From: Bacillus subtilis subsp. subtilis str. 168
Lineage (GTDB): Bacteria; Bacillota; Bacilli; Bacillales; Bacillaceae
Direction: 5' to 3'
NCBI RefSeq assembly: GCF_000009045.1
Contig: NC_000964.3
Location: 2,250,001-2,282,000, forward strand
DNA length: 32,000 nt
Shown: positions 30,881 to 32,000 of the stretch, in pieces
Position numbering within the stretch: position 1 is the stretch's first letter
How the letters are laid out: each line of letters opens with the position of its first letter
Notes under the pieces: model-generated
What the model saw: the letters and a program-made list of their open reading frames with translations, nothing else
What the model was told of the DNA's origin: nothing
Databases searched by the model: none
Position numbers and translations under genes: made by a program

Positions 30881-31363
30881 ATGGGACAAAAATTTCATAA
30901 ATTAAACTCTAAGTATGGAATCATAGATTATCCAATACTTTTAAAAGATCTTGAGTCCATCATTCAAGAATTCCCTAAATCAGAAAGAAAGTTTTATGAG
31001 TATGCAATTAAAGCTTTAAAAAAGGAAGTTGGGAAAAAGGAAAAGATTTTACATATGACTTCTGCAGATCCAAAGCTTACTAAATTTGGTTTTATGGTTA
31101 TCACTGAAAAGAAACTTCTATTTGTCACTATGAAAGGCGGTTTTTTCGGGGGTGCAGATACTGAAGTTGTTGAATTTAAAAGTATCAAAGAAGTTGACTT
31201 CGATATTGCTCCAAATCCCTTGGGAATGGCCACGATGCAATTGGGTATCCTCCATTTAAAAATCAAAGGTAAGCTTGGAATGAGTAGCAAGCGTACCATT
31301 AGAAATATTGATGAACATTCTCTTGATAAAATAGTAGCTATACTAAGAGAGCAAACAAAATAA
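30881..31363 (+). CDS. yokE: Bacterial PH-domain protein YokE
   Basis: 160 aa; AAAGGAGATAAGTG RBS region; PH-like pattern (MVITEKKLLFVTMKGGFFGGADTEVVEFKSIKEVDF). Confidence 0.85.
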   Translation: MGQKFHKLNSKYGIIDYPILLKDLESIIQEFPKSERKFYEYAIKALKKEVGKKEKILHMTSADPKLTKFGFMVITEKKLLFVTMKGGFFGGADTEVVEFKSIKEVDFDIAPNPLGMATMQLGILHLKIKGKLGMSSKRTIRNIDEHSLDKIVAILREQTK

Positions 31364-31391
31364 AAAGCCCGTTTTTGGGCTTTTCTTTTTT
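31363..31391 (+). terminator. Rho-independent terminator overlapping the yokE stop codon
   Basis: AAAAGCCC-GTTTTT-GGGCTTTT followed by CTTTTTTT. Confidence 0.85.
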
Positions 31392-31666
31392 TATATGGCT
31401 AAGTTAAAGATAAAGGTTGATTTAATATTATGGATAACGGAGTTTCTTATATTTTATGTAGTTTTAAATGGATTTCTAAGTTTACTTGGTTATTTATGTT
31501 AAACTAAATATAAAGAGATTGTAATAACTTCCACTTAAATTAACGGGTCAGTTAGTTTAAGAAGATGAATAAAAAAACAACACCTTTCATCAAGGGGTCT
31601 TGCTAATTTAATTGTTGCAAACTTACAGAGTATCTAATAAGAGGTTATAGATAGGAGATGAACTAA

Positions 31667-32000
31667 ATGAAAAAAATAGTTGAAAGTACAACTTTTCCAA
31701 GAACAAAACAGTCTATAACAGAAGATTTGAAAGCTTTAGGATTAAAGAAAGGGATGACCGTACTTGTACATTCCTCTTTATCTTCTATAGGATGGGTAAA
31801 TGGTGGAGCTGTTGCTGTGATTCAAGCATTAATAGATGTTGTTACTGAAGAAGGTACCATCGTGATGCCTTCTCAATCCGTGGAATTATCTGACCCAAAA
31901 GAATGGGGAAACCCTCCCGTACCAGAGGAGTGGTGGGATATTATTAGAGAAAGTATGCCAGCCTATAATTCTAACTATACCCCCACTACTAGAGGGATGG
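31667..32000 (+). CDS. yokD: Aminoglycoside N3'-acetyltransferase-like protein YokD, 3' end cut by window
   Basis: AGGAG RBS at 31653. Manual translation [71 protein letters not shown]... is typical of AAC(3). Absent from the ORF track because it runs off the window. Confidence 0.88.
   Translation, partial: MKKIVESTTFPRTKQSITEDLKALGLKKGMTVLVHSSLSSIGWVNGGAVAVIQALIDVVTEEGTIVMPSQSVELSDPKEWGNPPVPEEWWDIIRESMPAYNSNYTPTTRGM

Overview
The window reads as the late/lysis and right-hand accessory part of an SPbeta-type Bacillus prophage. Identities come from protein motifs and remembered gene order, not from a database search. From left to right it holds: (1) the 3' part of a tail tape-measure/cell-wall hydrolase (yomI/cwlP) and tail/appendage genes; (2) a free-standing Zn-ribbon/HNH endonuclease gene interrupted by what looks like a 1-nt frameshift; (3) a lysis cassette (blyA-bhlA-bhlB); (4) the minus-strand sublancin glycocin locus (sunI-sunA-sunT-bdbA-sunS-bdbB); (5) a yolD-uvrX Y-family polymerase operon with two LexA-like boxes; (6) yolC/yolB/yolA; (7) a BsrG/SR4-type type I toxin-antitoxin module whose 38-aa toxin can be read directly; (8) a polymorphic-toxin region (YokI LXG toxin with several candidate immunity genes, a decayed transposase, a helical toxin-like YokG, a YokF lipoprotein nuclease); and (9) the start of an AAC(3)-like acetyltransferase (yokD) cut by the window edge. 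Most of this matches known SPbeta biology. The less explained parts are the broken HNH gene, the phosphodiester-glycosidase/beta-helix fusion, the YokG/YokF pair, the IS scar with a short orphan coding remnant, terminator hairpins at stop codons inside collinear gene runs, and a perfect hairpin between sunA and sunT.
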